The notes: a model not told the origin generated them from the sequence alone. A stretch of DNA of 64,000 bases from Sphingomonas sp. (GCF_035998645.1 NZ_DASYHL010000005.1:807487-871486), one strand, 5' to 3'. Counted from the first letter of the stretch, positions 28,486 to 38,375 are shown. Translations and numbers: made by a program.

Positions 28486-28689
28486 ATGGAGCATGACCTC
28501 CAGCTGCGTGCGGCTGCGCGCGCAATCTACGACGCCTGTTATCCGAGCGAGGACTGGTCTCCGCTGGGCTTCGACGAGGCAGAGCGGTTCGGGACAGTCC
28601 ATTATCGCCAGGCGGTTGGCGCTGCGCAGAGCGCCCGGGCGCTGCTGGCAAGCCAGGGCGAACAGCTGGCACTGCCCGTCTTCGCGTAA
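28486..28689 (+). CDS. Small hypothetical protein (67 aa)
   Basis: GGAG RBS, upstream LexA box, MEHDLQLRAAARAIYDACYP. Confidence 0.7.
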   Translation: MEHDLQLRAAARAIYDACYPSEDWSPLGFDEAERFGTVHYRQAVGAAQSARALLASQGEQLALPVFA

Positions 28690-28699
28690 CCGATCGCCC

Positions 28700-29218
28700 G
28701 TGGTCGGCCATCCGAAGAGCCTCTCCGATCTCTATCGCGTCGAAGCGCAGGTGCGGGTCACGTGCCGGGGCTGCAAGGCGACCGAGATCTGGGAGCTGGA
28801 CATGCTGATCCCAGAGGTCCGGCGCAACGGCGGCAATACCGACTGGCGCGCGGCGCGCGCGGCGATCAAATGCCCGCGCCACTGCCCCGCGCCATTGATC
28901 GACCTGTCCCCGATCCCGTTCGGCAAACAGCGCGCCCGGCGGCGCGCGCATCGCGAGGCGCTGGTGAACCTGGCACTCCAGGTTCTGCGCAAAGCGGCGG
29001 ACCGATCCGCGAATGAAGCCGTCGGCACGATCGAGGTCCGGCTGGCGCTGCACGTGCTGCGCCCGTTCGTGCGCGACAGCCACCTGCTCATTGCGTTCTG
29101 GAAGGCCGCGACGTCCGAGCCCCGCCATCCCTGGACCAGCTGCCACCTGCCTTACCGCTGGATCGCGGAGCGGCTGATCGAGCGCGGCGTTCCGATCGAA
29201 GACGCGAACCGGCCCTGA
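28700..29218 (+). CDS. Hypothetical protein with Zn-ribbon-like CxxC...CPxxC
   Basis: GTG at 28700; TCRGCK and KCPRHCP. Confidence 0.65.
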   Translation: MVGHPKSLSDLYRVEAQVRVTCRGCKATEIWELDMLIPEVRRNGGNTDWRAARAAIKCPRHCPAPLIDLSPIPFGKQRARRRAHREALVNLALQVLRKAADRSANEAVGTIEVRLALHVLRPFVRDSHLLIAFWKAATSEPRHPWTSCHLPYRWIAERLIERGVPIEDANRP

Positions 29219-29383
29219 TCTGCTGGGCAACGCTCACGCGATCGGGAAGCCGATCGACCTCCAGTTGCAGGCCAACGACAACGCCTCGGCGCGGTCCCGC
29301 ACGGCTCATCGCAACTGGTGCTACCCTCCCCTTTTCGACGGCGTCTTCGCTCCTAACTCTCTGGGAAAAAAGGGAGAGCGAAC

Positions 29384-29602
29384 ATGACGCAACCAAACAT
29401 GATTGCGCCTGAGGTTATCGCCTGCATCGCCGAAGGGCGCGATCCCAGCCTCGCCGAACTCAACCGGGTCGCCGACAGCATCTGGGCCGATCTCAAGGCC
29501 GCCCGCCCCGCCTTTGCGTGGGACGAGCCCCAAAGCGACAGCGAACGGCTGCTCATCCTGCGCGCCGCCCACGCCGCGCTGCTCGGCGACACCACGCGCT
29601 AG
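29384..29602 (+). CDS. Small hypothetical protein (72 aa)
   Basis: GGGAG RBS; compact helical ORF. Confidence 0.6.
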   Translation: MTQPNMIAPEVIACIAEGRDPSLAELNRVADSIWADLKAARPAFAWDEPQSDSERLLILRAAHAALLGDTTR

Positions 29603-29789
29603 TCGAGCGCGCAGCGTTGGCGCATCGCTCTGCAGCTGCCCACGCGCGCACCGCCGATCGATCATCTTGCAAGACCGACGCGAGCAAGGATTGCCGAGAA
29701 GCGCACTGAGGAAGACGGCGGCAGGTGCATCGCCCCCTCCGCACGGCGCATCAACCGGGCGAGGCCAGGCACCCAATGAGCGGAGACGA

Positions 29790-30020
29790 TCAGCCGGCGC
29801 TGACGATCGGATGCTCAAGCCGGATCATGTCGAGCATGCGCTCAACTTCGGCGATCTCGCGCGTGCCGCCGCTGGGGGCGAGCGACCAGTTGCAATGGGC
29901 ATGGGTCTCGGGATCGTGGACCTTGACGGGGCCGATCACCGAGCGCCACCGCCGCTGCGTTCCCCCGGCATGGCGCACAAGGCGCACGATCAACAGGTCC
30001 TGAAGCTGGCTCGCGGTCAT
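29790..30020 (-). CDS. Small hypothetical protein (76 aa)
   Basis: MTASQLQDLLIVRLVRHAGG...HCNWSLAPSGG; globular composition. Confidence 0.6.
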   Translation of the reverse strand: MTASQLQDLLIVRLVRHAGGTQRRWRSVIGPVKVHDPETHAHCNWSLAPSGGTREIAEVERMLDMIRLEHPIVSAG

Positions 30021-30230
30021 CGGCCCCTTAGGCAGAGACGCCCCGCCCCGCGCAAGCCCCTATTGGCCTAGATCGCGCCCGACCGCGCCGTCGCGTTGGT
30101 CCGAGCAACGACCGCTCGCTGCAGCCGTCAGGGACGAATGCCGAACGGCACCGAGGACTGGTGTAAGGAGAGCTATAGAGCCCCGATGAAAGGAAAAGTG
30201 AGGGCGCTCGCGCGCCCTCCCTCCCGATCG

Positions 30231-31385
30231 CTAATTGCCCTCGACCTTCGCCTTGTCGGTGCCGCCGTCGAGCAGGGCTGACCATTGCGCCGCAGCCTCC
30301 GCAGTGAAGAACGCCGACAAGCGAGAGTCGTGCGGCATGATGCTCTCGACCCGCTGCCCCACCACGATGTCGGGTCGCAGAGCATGCCCGCTGCCAGTCC
30401 GGAACAGCCATGAGGCGAGTGCCTGCTCGGCCAGCCGAGCCTGCCGTGATCGCCGCGCATGGGATTTGACGGCGAGTGCGGCCCGCCGCGTGTTGCGCAC
30501 GCTCTCTCCGGCGAGCACGGCGATGAACGCGGCCAGGTCGAGACCATCCGTGACCAAATCCGCTCCTCGCATCGCCCGGAACCTCAAGACGAACTGATAA
30601 CGCTCGGCGAGCGACAGCGCGGTCTCCCGGATTGCGAGCGGATCGCGCTTGCGCCGATTGAGGCCACTGCTCCGGTCACGCACAAGGTCCGCCAGCTGCG
30701 TCGGCAAAAGTGCTGCCTGGGCCGCGATGATCAAATCTTCCTCGCGCAGGCGACCGCCGTGCCGACGCCTCGTTGCCGGGCTTGCCGAATGGCGGCGCCG
30801 GGCCGCCATATCGCTTTTGTCCAGCATTTCCCGCACCAGCGCGCGCTGGATCGCATGGGGAACACGACTGGCGACTACATCAGACCGGTCGGCAACGACC
30901 CGAGGCCGCGCCATCTCGGCAGCGATCGCCTCAATGATCGGCCTGACCGCATTTCCGTCGCCATGGCCTGGCTCTGTGCCGAGTGCCATGCGCGCAGAGC
31001 GGATGTTTGTAACCTTCTTGGCCCGCTTGCGCTCGCCCAGTGCGAGGATGAAGAAACCGACATTTCCGGTTCCATCAGGATCGATGTCAGGGGGAGCATC
31101 GAAGACGAAATCGACAATCACCATGGCATCGAGCGAGAATTCGAAAATGTACGTGACAGGCCCGTAAACACACCAGCCCGCAAGAGTTAGGCGCGCCCGT
31201 CCACGATGGTCGCACAGGCGATCGATCGCCTCGGCAAAGTGCTCATAGATGAAGATCGCTCCGTTCACCACGTCGAGCCGCGTTTCTTCCTCAAGTAGAT
31301 CCAGCTTGGCCTGAACCAGGTCAAAAAGGATCACGATCTCATCGATCGGAGTGAATTGAGAAACCGCGGGCATGGGCGACTCCAT
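30231..31385 (-). CDS. Hypothetical protein (384 aa)
   Basis: Long ORF with an acidic beta-rich N-terminal ~110 aa and an Arg-rich helical C-terminus; no family recognised. Confidence 0.6.
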   Translation of the reverse strand: MESPMPAVSQFTPIDEIVILFDLVQAKLDLLEEETRLDVVNGAIFIYEHFAEAIDRLCDHRGRARLTLAGWCVYGPVTYIFEFSLDAMVIVDFVFDAPPDIDPDGTGNVGFFILALGERKRAKKVTNIRSARMALGTEPGHGDGNAVRPIIEAIAAEMARPRVVADRSDVVASRVPHAIQRALVREMLDKSDMAARRRHSASPATRRRHGGRLREEDLIIAAQAALLPTQLADLVRDRSSGLNRRKRDPLAIRETALSLAERYQFVLRFRAMRGADLVTDGLDLAAFIAVLAGESVRNTRRAALAVKSHARRSRQARLAEQALASWLFRTGSGHALRPDIVVGQRVESIMPHDSRLSAFFTAEAAAQWSALLDGGTDKAKVEGN

Positions 31386-31549
31386 CGAGCAAGGGTCTGT
31401 TGATTATCCGGTGGGCTGAGGGTTGATGGAATGAGGGCGGGAGAACGAAAAACGCCGCCCCGACCCCAAGGGATCGTGAGCGGCGCCTGCGAGCGTAAGC
31501 ACGGTTGCACCCGTGCCTGCTCGTGACAGGAGGGGGGAAGTCGGGGGCA

Positions 31550-31891
31550 TCATCCGCCCAGAGCCTTTTCGGGGCGGCGCCGGGCTAAGGGTGCGTGCGG
31601 CTCCTCGGCCTCCATCGCAACTTCTTCAGCATCGACTGGAAGCGGGTCAGGTGCCCCGCGGCGGCGCGAGCGCCGCCCGCTCCGGATCGCCGCTTCATCA
31701 CGACGGCCATGTTCAACATCCTTCAGAATCTCGTTGCGATCGTTCGAACGGAGCCACTGCAGCAGCTTCACGCTGATCGCCGACCGGATCAGGTCGCTCT
31801 TGGTCACGTTGAGCTCATGCGCGAGCTGGCGCAGCTGCGCATCCTCCGCAGGGCGCAGATATACAGAACGCATCACCATATCATCGGCCAT
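31550..31891 (-). CDS. Ribbon-helix-helix (CopG-like) DNA-binding protein
   Basis: MRSVYLRPAEDAQLRQLAHELNVTKSDLIRSAI (beta strand plus two helices with the S-x-L-I-R turn). Confidence 0.75.
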   Translation of the reverse strand: MADDMVMRSVYLRPAEDAQLRQLAHELNVTKSDLIRSAISVKLLQWLRSNDRNEILKDVEHGRRDEAAIRSGRRSRRRGAPDPLPVDAEEVAMEAEEPHAPLARRRPEKALGG

Positions 31892-31926
31892 AAAAACTCC
31901 TTTCCCCCTTCGTTACACGGAAAGGT

Positions 31927-31940
31927 ATATATGCATATAT
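31927..31940. promoter_or_regulatory. AT-rich 14-bp palindrome ATATATGCATATAT, candidate RHH operator
   Basis: Perfect palindrome 36 bp upstream of the RHH start in otherwise GC-rich DNA. Confidence 0.45.
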
Positions 31941-31977
31941 GTACTACCGCAAGGTTACTACAAGCTGAACAGCTTCT

Positions 31978-33285
31978 TCACGAAAGATAGGGCTGGAGAA
32001 TCTTGCGCGCCATCAATCCCAGACAACCGAGATTTCCAATGCCAGGTCCCTGGGCCAGGCCAGCCAGCGAAGGGACATGAATACCAGGCGGGAAGCCCTC
32101 GCTTGTCGGGAGCGACAAATCGCCCTGGATTTTCCATTCTACGCCCTTGCGCAACGCATCCAGCGTCACGCGATTGGCGTCGGTGCGTGTCACTGACAGG
32201 GCGGTCGTTTTCGGATGGTCGACAAGCGCCAGGCGGGTCCATGCGTCAAACCCGACTGCGTTGACCACGAAATCGACACTTAGCGGTTCGCGTGGCCGCT
32301 CGTCATAGTCGAGCGACAGCGTGAGCTGTCCGTCCGCATCAACCGCAACGCTGCGCAGATACCCGGCTTCGTAGTCAATAACGCCCGACCCATCGATCAC
32401 GCTCTTGTTGCGCATCGAGATAACGCCTGCCTCGGTGCGCTCGATCAGCTTTCGGCGATGGTCGAGTGTGAGCTTCGACCAGTCCGCGGGATCGGTGAAC
32501 CAGCGTCGCTCAGCATGCCCGTCACCACGGGGAAACAAGGTCCCCATAGGACTGATTGAGATGATCCGACCCTTGCGTTCAGCAAAACGCTGCGCCAGCC
32601 AGGCGACGATCGTTCCTGCAGAACCGCCATCGCCGGCGACTGCCACCAGGGTGCGGCCATGACGCCCGAGCAGAGTTTCGCGATGCTTCCAGAACGAGGC
32701 TGCATCGAACACTCTCTTCGCTGGAACGCCTGCCTCGACATCAACCGGTCGCGGCTCGCCATTTCCGGTCAAAACCACCCCGTCCACGACGCAAGGGTGC
32801 ATGACTCCGGACCGCTCATACTCGACGCACCATTTACCCGTCGGCAGCTGCCAGATCCGTTTAACATCCCCCTGAACGATATCGTGATCCGCGGCGTCGA
32901 ACACCCAATCGAGATAATCGGCAAATCGCTCGTGATCGGGATGGTCGCGGCCACGATCGACCCAGGTCGCGTAGCGGCCGGTTGCGACTAGATAGGCCGA
33001 CCACGAGAAGCGCGCATGAAGGCGGGAGGCAAGCGAGACGAATTCGCCCTCGCCATCCCAAACATCGTCATAAGGGAAGCAGACATCCTTCTCGCCAGGC
33101 GTACAAAGCGACACAAAGCCGCTGCTATATTCGTCGGTCCCGTCCCAAGCCGCTCCGACCTTGGCGCGTTCGAAAACGATCAGCTCAGGAACACGGTGTG
33201 TTCCCAACTCCGCGCGCAATTCAGAAGCACGCGCCACGAGCGCGGCGGCTTTAGGCCCCGCCCCGACAATTGCCAATCGAGTCAT
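31978..33285 (-). CDS. Flavin-dependent N-hydroxylating monooxygenase (SidA/IucD/PvdA family, MbtG-like)
   Basis: LAIVGAGPKA (FAD), TPGEKDVCFPY, SWSAYLVATGRYATWVDRGR, VAGDGGSAG, VPSLAGLAQGPGIGNLGCLGL: blocks I recognise from mycobacterial MbtG. Confidence 0.8.
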   Translation of the reverse strand: MTRLAIVGAGPKAAALVARASELRAELGTHRVPELIVFERAKVGAAWDGTDEYSSGFVSLCTPGEKDVCFPYDDVWDGEGEFVSLASRLHARFSWSAYLVATGRYATWVDRGRDHPDHERFADYLDWVFDAADHDIVQGDVKRIWQLPTGKWCVEYERSGVMHPCVVDGVVLTGNGEPRPVDVEAGVPAKRVFDAASFWKHRETLLGRHGRTLVAVAGDGGSAGTIVAWLAQRFAERKGRIISISPMGTLFPRGDGHAERRWFTDPADWSKLTLDHRRKLIERTEAGVISMRNKSVIDGSGVIDYEAGYLRSVAVDADGQLTLSLDYDERPREPLSVDFVVNAVGFDAWTRLALVDHPKTTALSVTRTDANRVTLDALRKGVEWKIQGDLSLPTSEGFPPGIHVPSLAGLAQGPGIGNLGCLGLMARKILQPYLS

Positions 33286-33459
33286 CGTCCCCCCAGTGCT
33301 CGAACCGGAACCTACAGAAGTGCGTGGACGCCGCGAATTTTCCTAATGCTTTTTTCGAACCATAATGGAGGTATCACCCATCAACGGTTAAGCGCAAACA
33401 TGGCCCATACTTCAGGCAATCAGGTAGGCATCTCGCAAGACAGGGCGCTCTAGTCACGT

Positions 33460-33909
33460 CTAGCGCGCTTCATCGAGCAGTCGAATTGTCTCAGGGTCCG
33501 CGTTGCCGCCGAACCAGCGAACGAGCGCATCTTCGAACAAGGCAAGAGGACGCGCCGCCTCGAACAAGGTCAGCGAAGAACGCAACTTAAGCGCATCCAC
33601 ATCGCCGAACACGGCAACTGCGTCGGCATTGTCGAGGTCCTGCAACTCGCTCACGCACTCAAGGTAGCGGGCACCCAGGATCGGGTCGCGAAGATAAGCG
33701 CGCGCTTCCTCGAGCGAGCGGATCGCAAAGAACTGCGCCGTCTCGCTGCGCCCGAGGCCCGTGAGTTGGGGGAAGATGAACCACATCCAGTGCGACCGCT
33801 TGGCACCAGCGCGGATCTCCGCCAGTGCCAGATCATAAACGCCCTGCTGCGCGGTCACGAACCGGTCCAGATCGATCTCGCCAATACCGCCATGCTCGAT
33901 CACCGCCAC
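33460..33909 (-). CDS. DUF1810 family protein
   Basis: LDRFVTAQ...KRSHWMWFIFPQL...ALKLRSSLTLF; GTG start chosen from the GAAGGGG RBS. Confidence 0.85.
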   Translation of the reverse strand: MAVIEHGGIGEIDLDRFVTAQQGVYDLALAEIRAGAKRSHWMWFIFPQLTGLGRSETAQFFAIRSLEEARAYLRDPILGARYLECVSELQDLDNADAVAVFGDVDALKLRSSLTLFEAARPLALFEDALVRWFGGNADPETIRLLDEAR

Positions 33910-33938
33910 TGCGCGATCCCCCTTCGTCGATTCCCCAT

Positions 33939-33953
33939 GTTCTTGCATTGTTC
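33939..33953 (-). promoter_or_regulatory. LexA (SOS) box
   Basis: GTTC-TTGCATT-GTTC, 30 bp upstream of the DUF1810 GTG start. Confidence 0.6.
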
Positions 33954-34130
33954 GTAGCATAACTGCCTGTCATGTCGACCGCGCTGGCCCTGATCCGGTC
34001 ACATGTTGCGCCGGCTCAAGCAGCTGGACCTGCACGCAGCCGACCCGCTCGCCTCGCGTGCACCGGTCCTGCTGACGGGCGCCTGCAGAGCCGTGCCGAC
34101 CGAGTTCTATGTCTATAAGCCCGTCCGTCG

Positions 34131-34460
34131 TCAGCGCAGCGCGGCGAACCAGTCGGCATAGGGCGTGTTGACCGCCATGCACCGGTTGAAGTCCGGTGCA
34201 CCGTCATCCCACCACATCGGTCCACGCTCGCCCAGCGCGCGCTTGGAGCGATCGACCTGCGCGCGCGCCTGCGCCACCGCCGATGCGTCGCCGGCCTTCC
34301 CCGCAAGCCCGACCGCGCGCCGCGCCGCCATCAGCTCGGCGACCAGCCGCGCGCGCTCGGTTTCGTCAAGCGCCGGATTGCTCCTGCGCCACAGCCGCCC
34401 GCGCACCACGAAATAGCGGCCATCGGGGGTGGTGGGGTAGCGCGGGTCGTCCTGCGACAC
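34131..34460 (-). CDS. Conserved hypothetical protein
   Basis: TPDGRYFVVRGRLWRRSNP...KRALGERGPMWW.D.APDFNR pattern. Confidence 0.7.
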   Translation of the reverse strand: MSQDDPRYPTTPDGRYFVVRGRLWRRSNPALDETERARLVAELMAARRAVGLAGKAGDASAVAQARAQVDRSKRALGERGPMWWDDGAPDFNRCMAVNTPYADWFAALR

Positions 34461-34463
34461 GGA

Positions 34464-35036
34464 TCAGCGCCCTGCCGCGAGGCTGCGAAAGGTGATCGAC
34501 CAGCGCGGTGCCTCAAGCGGGGCGATGCTGTGCTCCCAGCCATGGCGGGCCTCGCCCGCGAGGTGATAGACCGACCCCGGCGCGAGCGGCACACTGCGCC
34601 GTTCGAACTTCGCGCCGACCCGCCGCCGCAAGCGCAGCGCTGCCGCCGCGCCGAGCGAGACCCCGACGACATGCTCAAACACCGGGCGGTCCCTGTGCCA
34701 GCCGATGCTCGCTCCGGGATCATAGCGGATCAGCAGCGCCTGGACGAGCGCGTCGGGCGCTAGCCCGGCGAACGCGGCAGCCCGCATGCGTACCGCCTCG
34801 AGCCAGTCCGGCATGGGCGTGGTCGGGGCAAAGCGTCCGGTATCGAAATCATAGGACCAGCCGAACGATTGCGTGAGCCGCTTGCCGGTCCAGCCCTGGA
34901 AGCGGAACGGGGTCAGCCCGCTGGCATCGATCCCGGCAATCAGCGCCGCCTGCTCGGGCGCGCTCACCAGATCGGGCGCCATCTTGAGCCCGGGAAGCAG
35001 CGGCGCGTCGAACAGGCCGGGCAGCGCCAGCGTCAT
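34464..35036 (-). CDS. AlkB-like 2OG-Fe(II) dioxygenase
   Basis: RYDPGASIGWHRD (HxD), GVSLG, WEHSI, RWSITFR. Confidence 0.9.
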   Translation of the reverse strand: MTLALPGLFDAPLLPGLKMAPDLVSAPEQAALIAGIDASGLTPFRFQGWTGKRLTQSFGWSYDFDTGRFAPTTPMPDWLEAVRMRAAAFAGLAPDALVQALLIRYDPGASIGWHRDRPVFEHVVGVSLGAAAALRLRRRVGAKFERRSVPLAPGSVYHLAGEARHGWEHSIAPLEAPRWSITFRSLAAGR

Positions 35037-35440
35037 CGTCGTCCGCGTCCACCTTCGCCGATCCCGGCGGCGCGCATCCGGTCGCCAAGCGCGACCCCGC
35101 CAAGCGTGCAGCGGGCAACCACCCGGTCGTAGCTGCGCCGGCCCGCGCGGCAGACCAAATTGCGGCCGCGCGTCAGCGTCTCGAGCGCGCGCTTGGCATC
35201 GCGCCCGCCCGGCGCGTTGAGCTCGGGCGCGTAGAAGTCGGCGAGACGGATTTCGATCCAGCGTGCAGGCTGCCCCGCCGGCCCGACGCACAGGCTGTCG
35301 CCATCACCGACATAGCGCACCACCCCGGAGAACTGCGTCCCCGGCGCGGGGAGCTTGCCCTCGCACGGATCGGCCAGCGCGGGCGTCGCCCAGCCGGCAA
35401 GCAGGACGGGGAGGATCAGATATCGAAGGCGCAGGTGCAT
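35033..35440 (-). CDS. Thermonuclease (SNase-like), secreted
   Basis: Signal peptide; GDGDSL, IRLADFYAPE, SYDRVVARC. Confidence 0.85.
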   Translation of the reverse strand: MHLRLRYLILPVLLAGWATPALADPCEGKLPAPGTQFSGVVRYVGDGDSLCVGPAGQPARWIEIRLADFYAPELNAPGGRDAKRALETLTRGRNLVCRAGRRSYDRVVARCTLGGVALGDRMRAAGIGEGGRGRR

Positions 35441-36023
35441 GCGCGCGATATGAGGTTGGAATGTCGGCTTTTCACCCCGGCATGGGCGACAAACACGACG
35501 GACCGAGGTGCCGACCGGCTCCCTGCCCCCTCCCCGTCCTCCCGTCGCTCGGCGCTTCGCCTCCTCCTGCTAACTCAATCACTTCGCGCCGAATTCTCCG
35601 ACCGCTCCTTAGCATCACGACCCTTCCCATGCGTCCCGCGACGGTCATCCGCCTACGCCTTGCGCCGTGCGTCCCAGCCGGTCCCGTGCTCTCGGCAACG
35701 TCCAGCCGCGCAAACCTCTCGCCCCGCACCGTCCCGCGCCCGGTCCGGTCCCCGCGCGCCGCCCTGCCCTCGCCGCCATCCTGTCCTCGCCGTCCCCCTG
35801 CCGTCCCCGTCACGCTTCCCGCTCGCGCGCGCAACTCCGCACTCCCCGCCCGCCTGTGCTCTCCCATTCGTCCGCGTGCCGCGTCCTCACCGCGCCAGCG
35901 GTTGCCGCCCGCCCGCGCCCGGCCACGGGTGCAGGCGGGCGGCCAAATTTTCGATGCGCATCCGTAACAGACGCGACAAGCCCCCCGCGCGCCACACGCG
36001 CGGGGGTAAAGCTGGGCACAGGA

Positions 36024-37826
36024 TCAGGCAGCGAGCCGGGGTTCGTCCTCGGGCACGATCGCGCCTGCTGGGGCGGTGGGATCGGGGTCCTCGGGGGCAT
36101 CCGCCGTCGCCGCTGCCGATGTCGCCGCCGAGGCAGCAGGAGCAGCGGTGCGCACCGTGCCGACCCCGCCGCGCGCGGTATAGGCGGCGGGCGGGAACGC
36201 CATCCAGCGCGGCACCCAGCGCTCGATCCTGGCGCGCCCCCCGGTCCCCTCAAGGCAGTCGCGGATGATTGCCTTGAGCGCCTTGCCCTTCTCGCCTGCA
36301 TTGGCGGTCACGACGGCCTCCCCTGCGACCTCGGCGAGGATCGCGAGCAGCACCTCGCGGTCGCGGATCAGGTCAAAGAACGCGGCATCGGCCTGCCACC
36401 AGTCGGCCATATCGACGCCCAGCTGCAGCCCGGCGGCATCGACCGCTGCGCTGCCGCTCGCCAGCGCCTCGCCCATCACCACCGCGACCACCTCCATCAC
36501 GCACGGGTCGGGAAGCTCGATCAGCCGGTAGAACAGCCCGGCCAGTCCGAACGCGTCACCATGGCCGCCGGTAACCGTTGCCGCCTCGGGGTCGAAGCCG
36601 AGCAGGCCGAGCACCGCGCGGCGCTTGGCGTCGAACACGGCTTCGCCGCGACAGGTCTCGACCGACTCGGCGACCGCATCGCTGCGCACGCTTTGCGGCT
36701 CGGGGGTGACGCGGAACAGGTGCGATCCGACAATCGCGTGGGCGACCATCAGCCGCAGCGCGATGCCCGGCTGATCGACCAGCACCGCGCGCACCGCGGC
36801 ATGGCGATGCAGGTCGAGATAGGTCTGCATGATCGACGTCACCTCGGGCCGTGCGGGCTTGGTCGCCTCGGGCGCGTCGCCCTTGGCGGCGCGGCGCGCC
36901 TCGGCGCGGCTGACATAGCCTTCGTGAAAGATCACCTCGCCATTGGCGCGGACATCGACATAGACGCGCCCGCCCCGGCGCTTGCCCGCCTTTTCAACTT
37001 CCCAGACGTGGAACTGCTCGGACGGCGGCACGATCACGACATCGGCCCAGCCTTCCTCGAGATAGTCGGCGCGGCGCGCATCGATCGCGGCATTCTGCGC
37101 GATCCAGAACGCATCGGGGTCGGCGACATAGGCGTCCTCGCCGAACAGGTCGGCGATGATCGCGACCCCGCTCTCCGCGATCGGGAACAGCGCATTTGCC
37201 GCCTTGATCGCCGCGCCGCCGAACAGCCACGCCTTGAGCTGATAGCCCGATGGGGCGTAGGCGTCCGGATCGTCATATAGCGCCAGCCATGATTTTTGCT
37301 GCGCCTTGCTCGCCATGGTCAAATGGCGGACGGTCGCGGGATCGAGCCTGTCGGCGCGGTAGAGGTCGCGGATGCGCGGCAGCAGGTTGCCGAGCGCGAG
37401 GATGCGCCGCACGGTCAGGTCGGGAAGCCCGAAGGTCGCGCCGATATCCTCCGGCGTCTGGCCCTGCTTGACCAGCCGCACGAACGTCTCCCAGCGGCTG
37501 ACTTCATTGGGGTCGAGCCGCGCGATATTCTCGATCAGCGAGGCCTCGATCGCGGCGGCATCATCGTCATGGTCGAGGATCGCGCAGGGCAGCGGTTCGG
37601 CATGCCCGGTTTCTTCCGCGACGATCTGCGCCGCGCGAAAGCGCCGCGCGCCCGCGACGATCTCGAACGCGCCAGCCTCGCAATTGGGGCGGACCAGCAC
37701 CGGCACGATCACCCCGCGCTTGCGCACGGTGGGCAGGATGTCGGACACATCGGGCGGCTTCTTGCCATAACGCATATTGGTCTTGCTGACCGAGAGGCGG
37801 TCGAGCGGGATATGGTCGAGTTTCAT
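36024..37826 (-). CDS. ParB/RepB/Spo0J-family protein (long mobile-element type)
   Basis: EIVAGARRFRAA, ASLIENIARL, followed by a long helical C-terminus. Confidence 0.9.
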   Translation of the reverse strand: MKLDHIPLDRLSVSKTNMRYGKKPPDVSDILPTVRKRGVIVPVLVRPNCEAGAFEIVAGARRFRAAQIVAEETGHAEPLPCAILDHDDDAAAIEASLIENIARLDPNEVSRWETFVRLVKQGQTPEDIGATFGLPDLTVRRILALGNLLPRIRDLYRADRLDPATVRHLTMASKAQQKSWLALYDDPDAYAPSGYQLKAWLFGGAAIKAANALFPIAESGVAIIADLFGEDAYVADPDAFWIAQNAAIDARRADYLEEGWADVVIVPPSEQFHVWEVEKAGKRRGGRVYVDVRANGEVIFHEGYVSRAEARRAAKGDAPEATKPARPEVTSIMQTYLDLHRHAAVRAVLVDQPGIALRLMVAHAIVGSHLFRVTPEPQSVRSDAVAESVETCRGEAVFDAKRRAVLGLLGFDPEAATVTGGHGDAFGLAGLFYRLIELPDPCVMEVVAVVMGEALASGSAAVDAAGLQLGVDMADWWQADAAFFDLIRDREVLLAILAEVAGEAVVTANAGEKGKALKAIIRDCLEGTGGRARIERWVPRWMAFPPAAYTARGGVGTVRTAAPAASAATSAAATADAPEDPDPTAPAGAIVPEDEPRLAA

Positions 37827-37937
37827 GGGTCTGCTCCTTCTTGGGACCGGTGCGCGCCACGGCGACGCCCCGGTCGGATGGCGGCGGACGGCCGCCCGCG
37901 TTCGGAGGCGGGTCGAAGCGGTGTTCGACCCGCCCCC

Positions 37938-38375
37938 TCAACCGCCTCCCGGTCCGGAGGGCGGAAGCTCGGGGTCGCGCCGCGCGGCGGCGCTGCCGAC
38001 AAAGTCGAGCAGGCGCTGCGCGCCGATGATGCCGCCGGTCAGCTGCGCGGCGTCGAGCCAGACCGAGAGCGGAAAGCGCGTGGCAAAGCCGGGGTCGCGC
38101 GCGATGCGCAGGCCAAAGGGCAGGCGCACCGCGCCGATCTCGCTCAGCGAGAAACAGCCAAGCTCGGGATAGCCAAAGCCAAGATCGGCAAGGCCGAACA
38201 GCGTGTCGCCATCGCGATCGAGTTCGGTGGCAAGCCAGGTCGCCGCGCCGCACGGGTTGAACAATTTGACCAAAGGCACCGGATCGGGGGTCGGGGCGCC
38301 CGCTGCCATGGCGGCATGGCGGTTGCGGTCAGCGGCGCGCAGCGCCGCAATCAGCGCGGGCGGGATCAGGCACAT
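37938..38375 (-). CDS. DUF2958 family protein
   Basis: VKLFNPCGAATWLATELD.DGDTLFGLADLGFGYPELG.FSLSEI. Confidence 0.9.
   Translation of the reverse strand: MCLIPPALIAALRAADRNRHAAMAAGAPTPDPVPLVKLFNPCGAATWLATELDRDGDTLFGLADLGFGYPELGCFSLSEIGAVRLPFGLRIARDPGFATRFPLSVWLDAAQLTGGIIGAQRLLDFVGSAAARRDPELPPSGPGGG

Noticed and set aside
35667-37280. 537-aa plus-strand ORF
   Set aside because: Antisense to parB plus GC-rich non-coding DNA.
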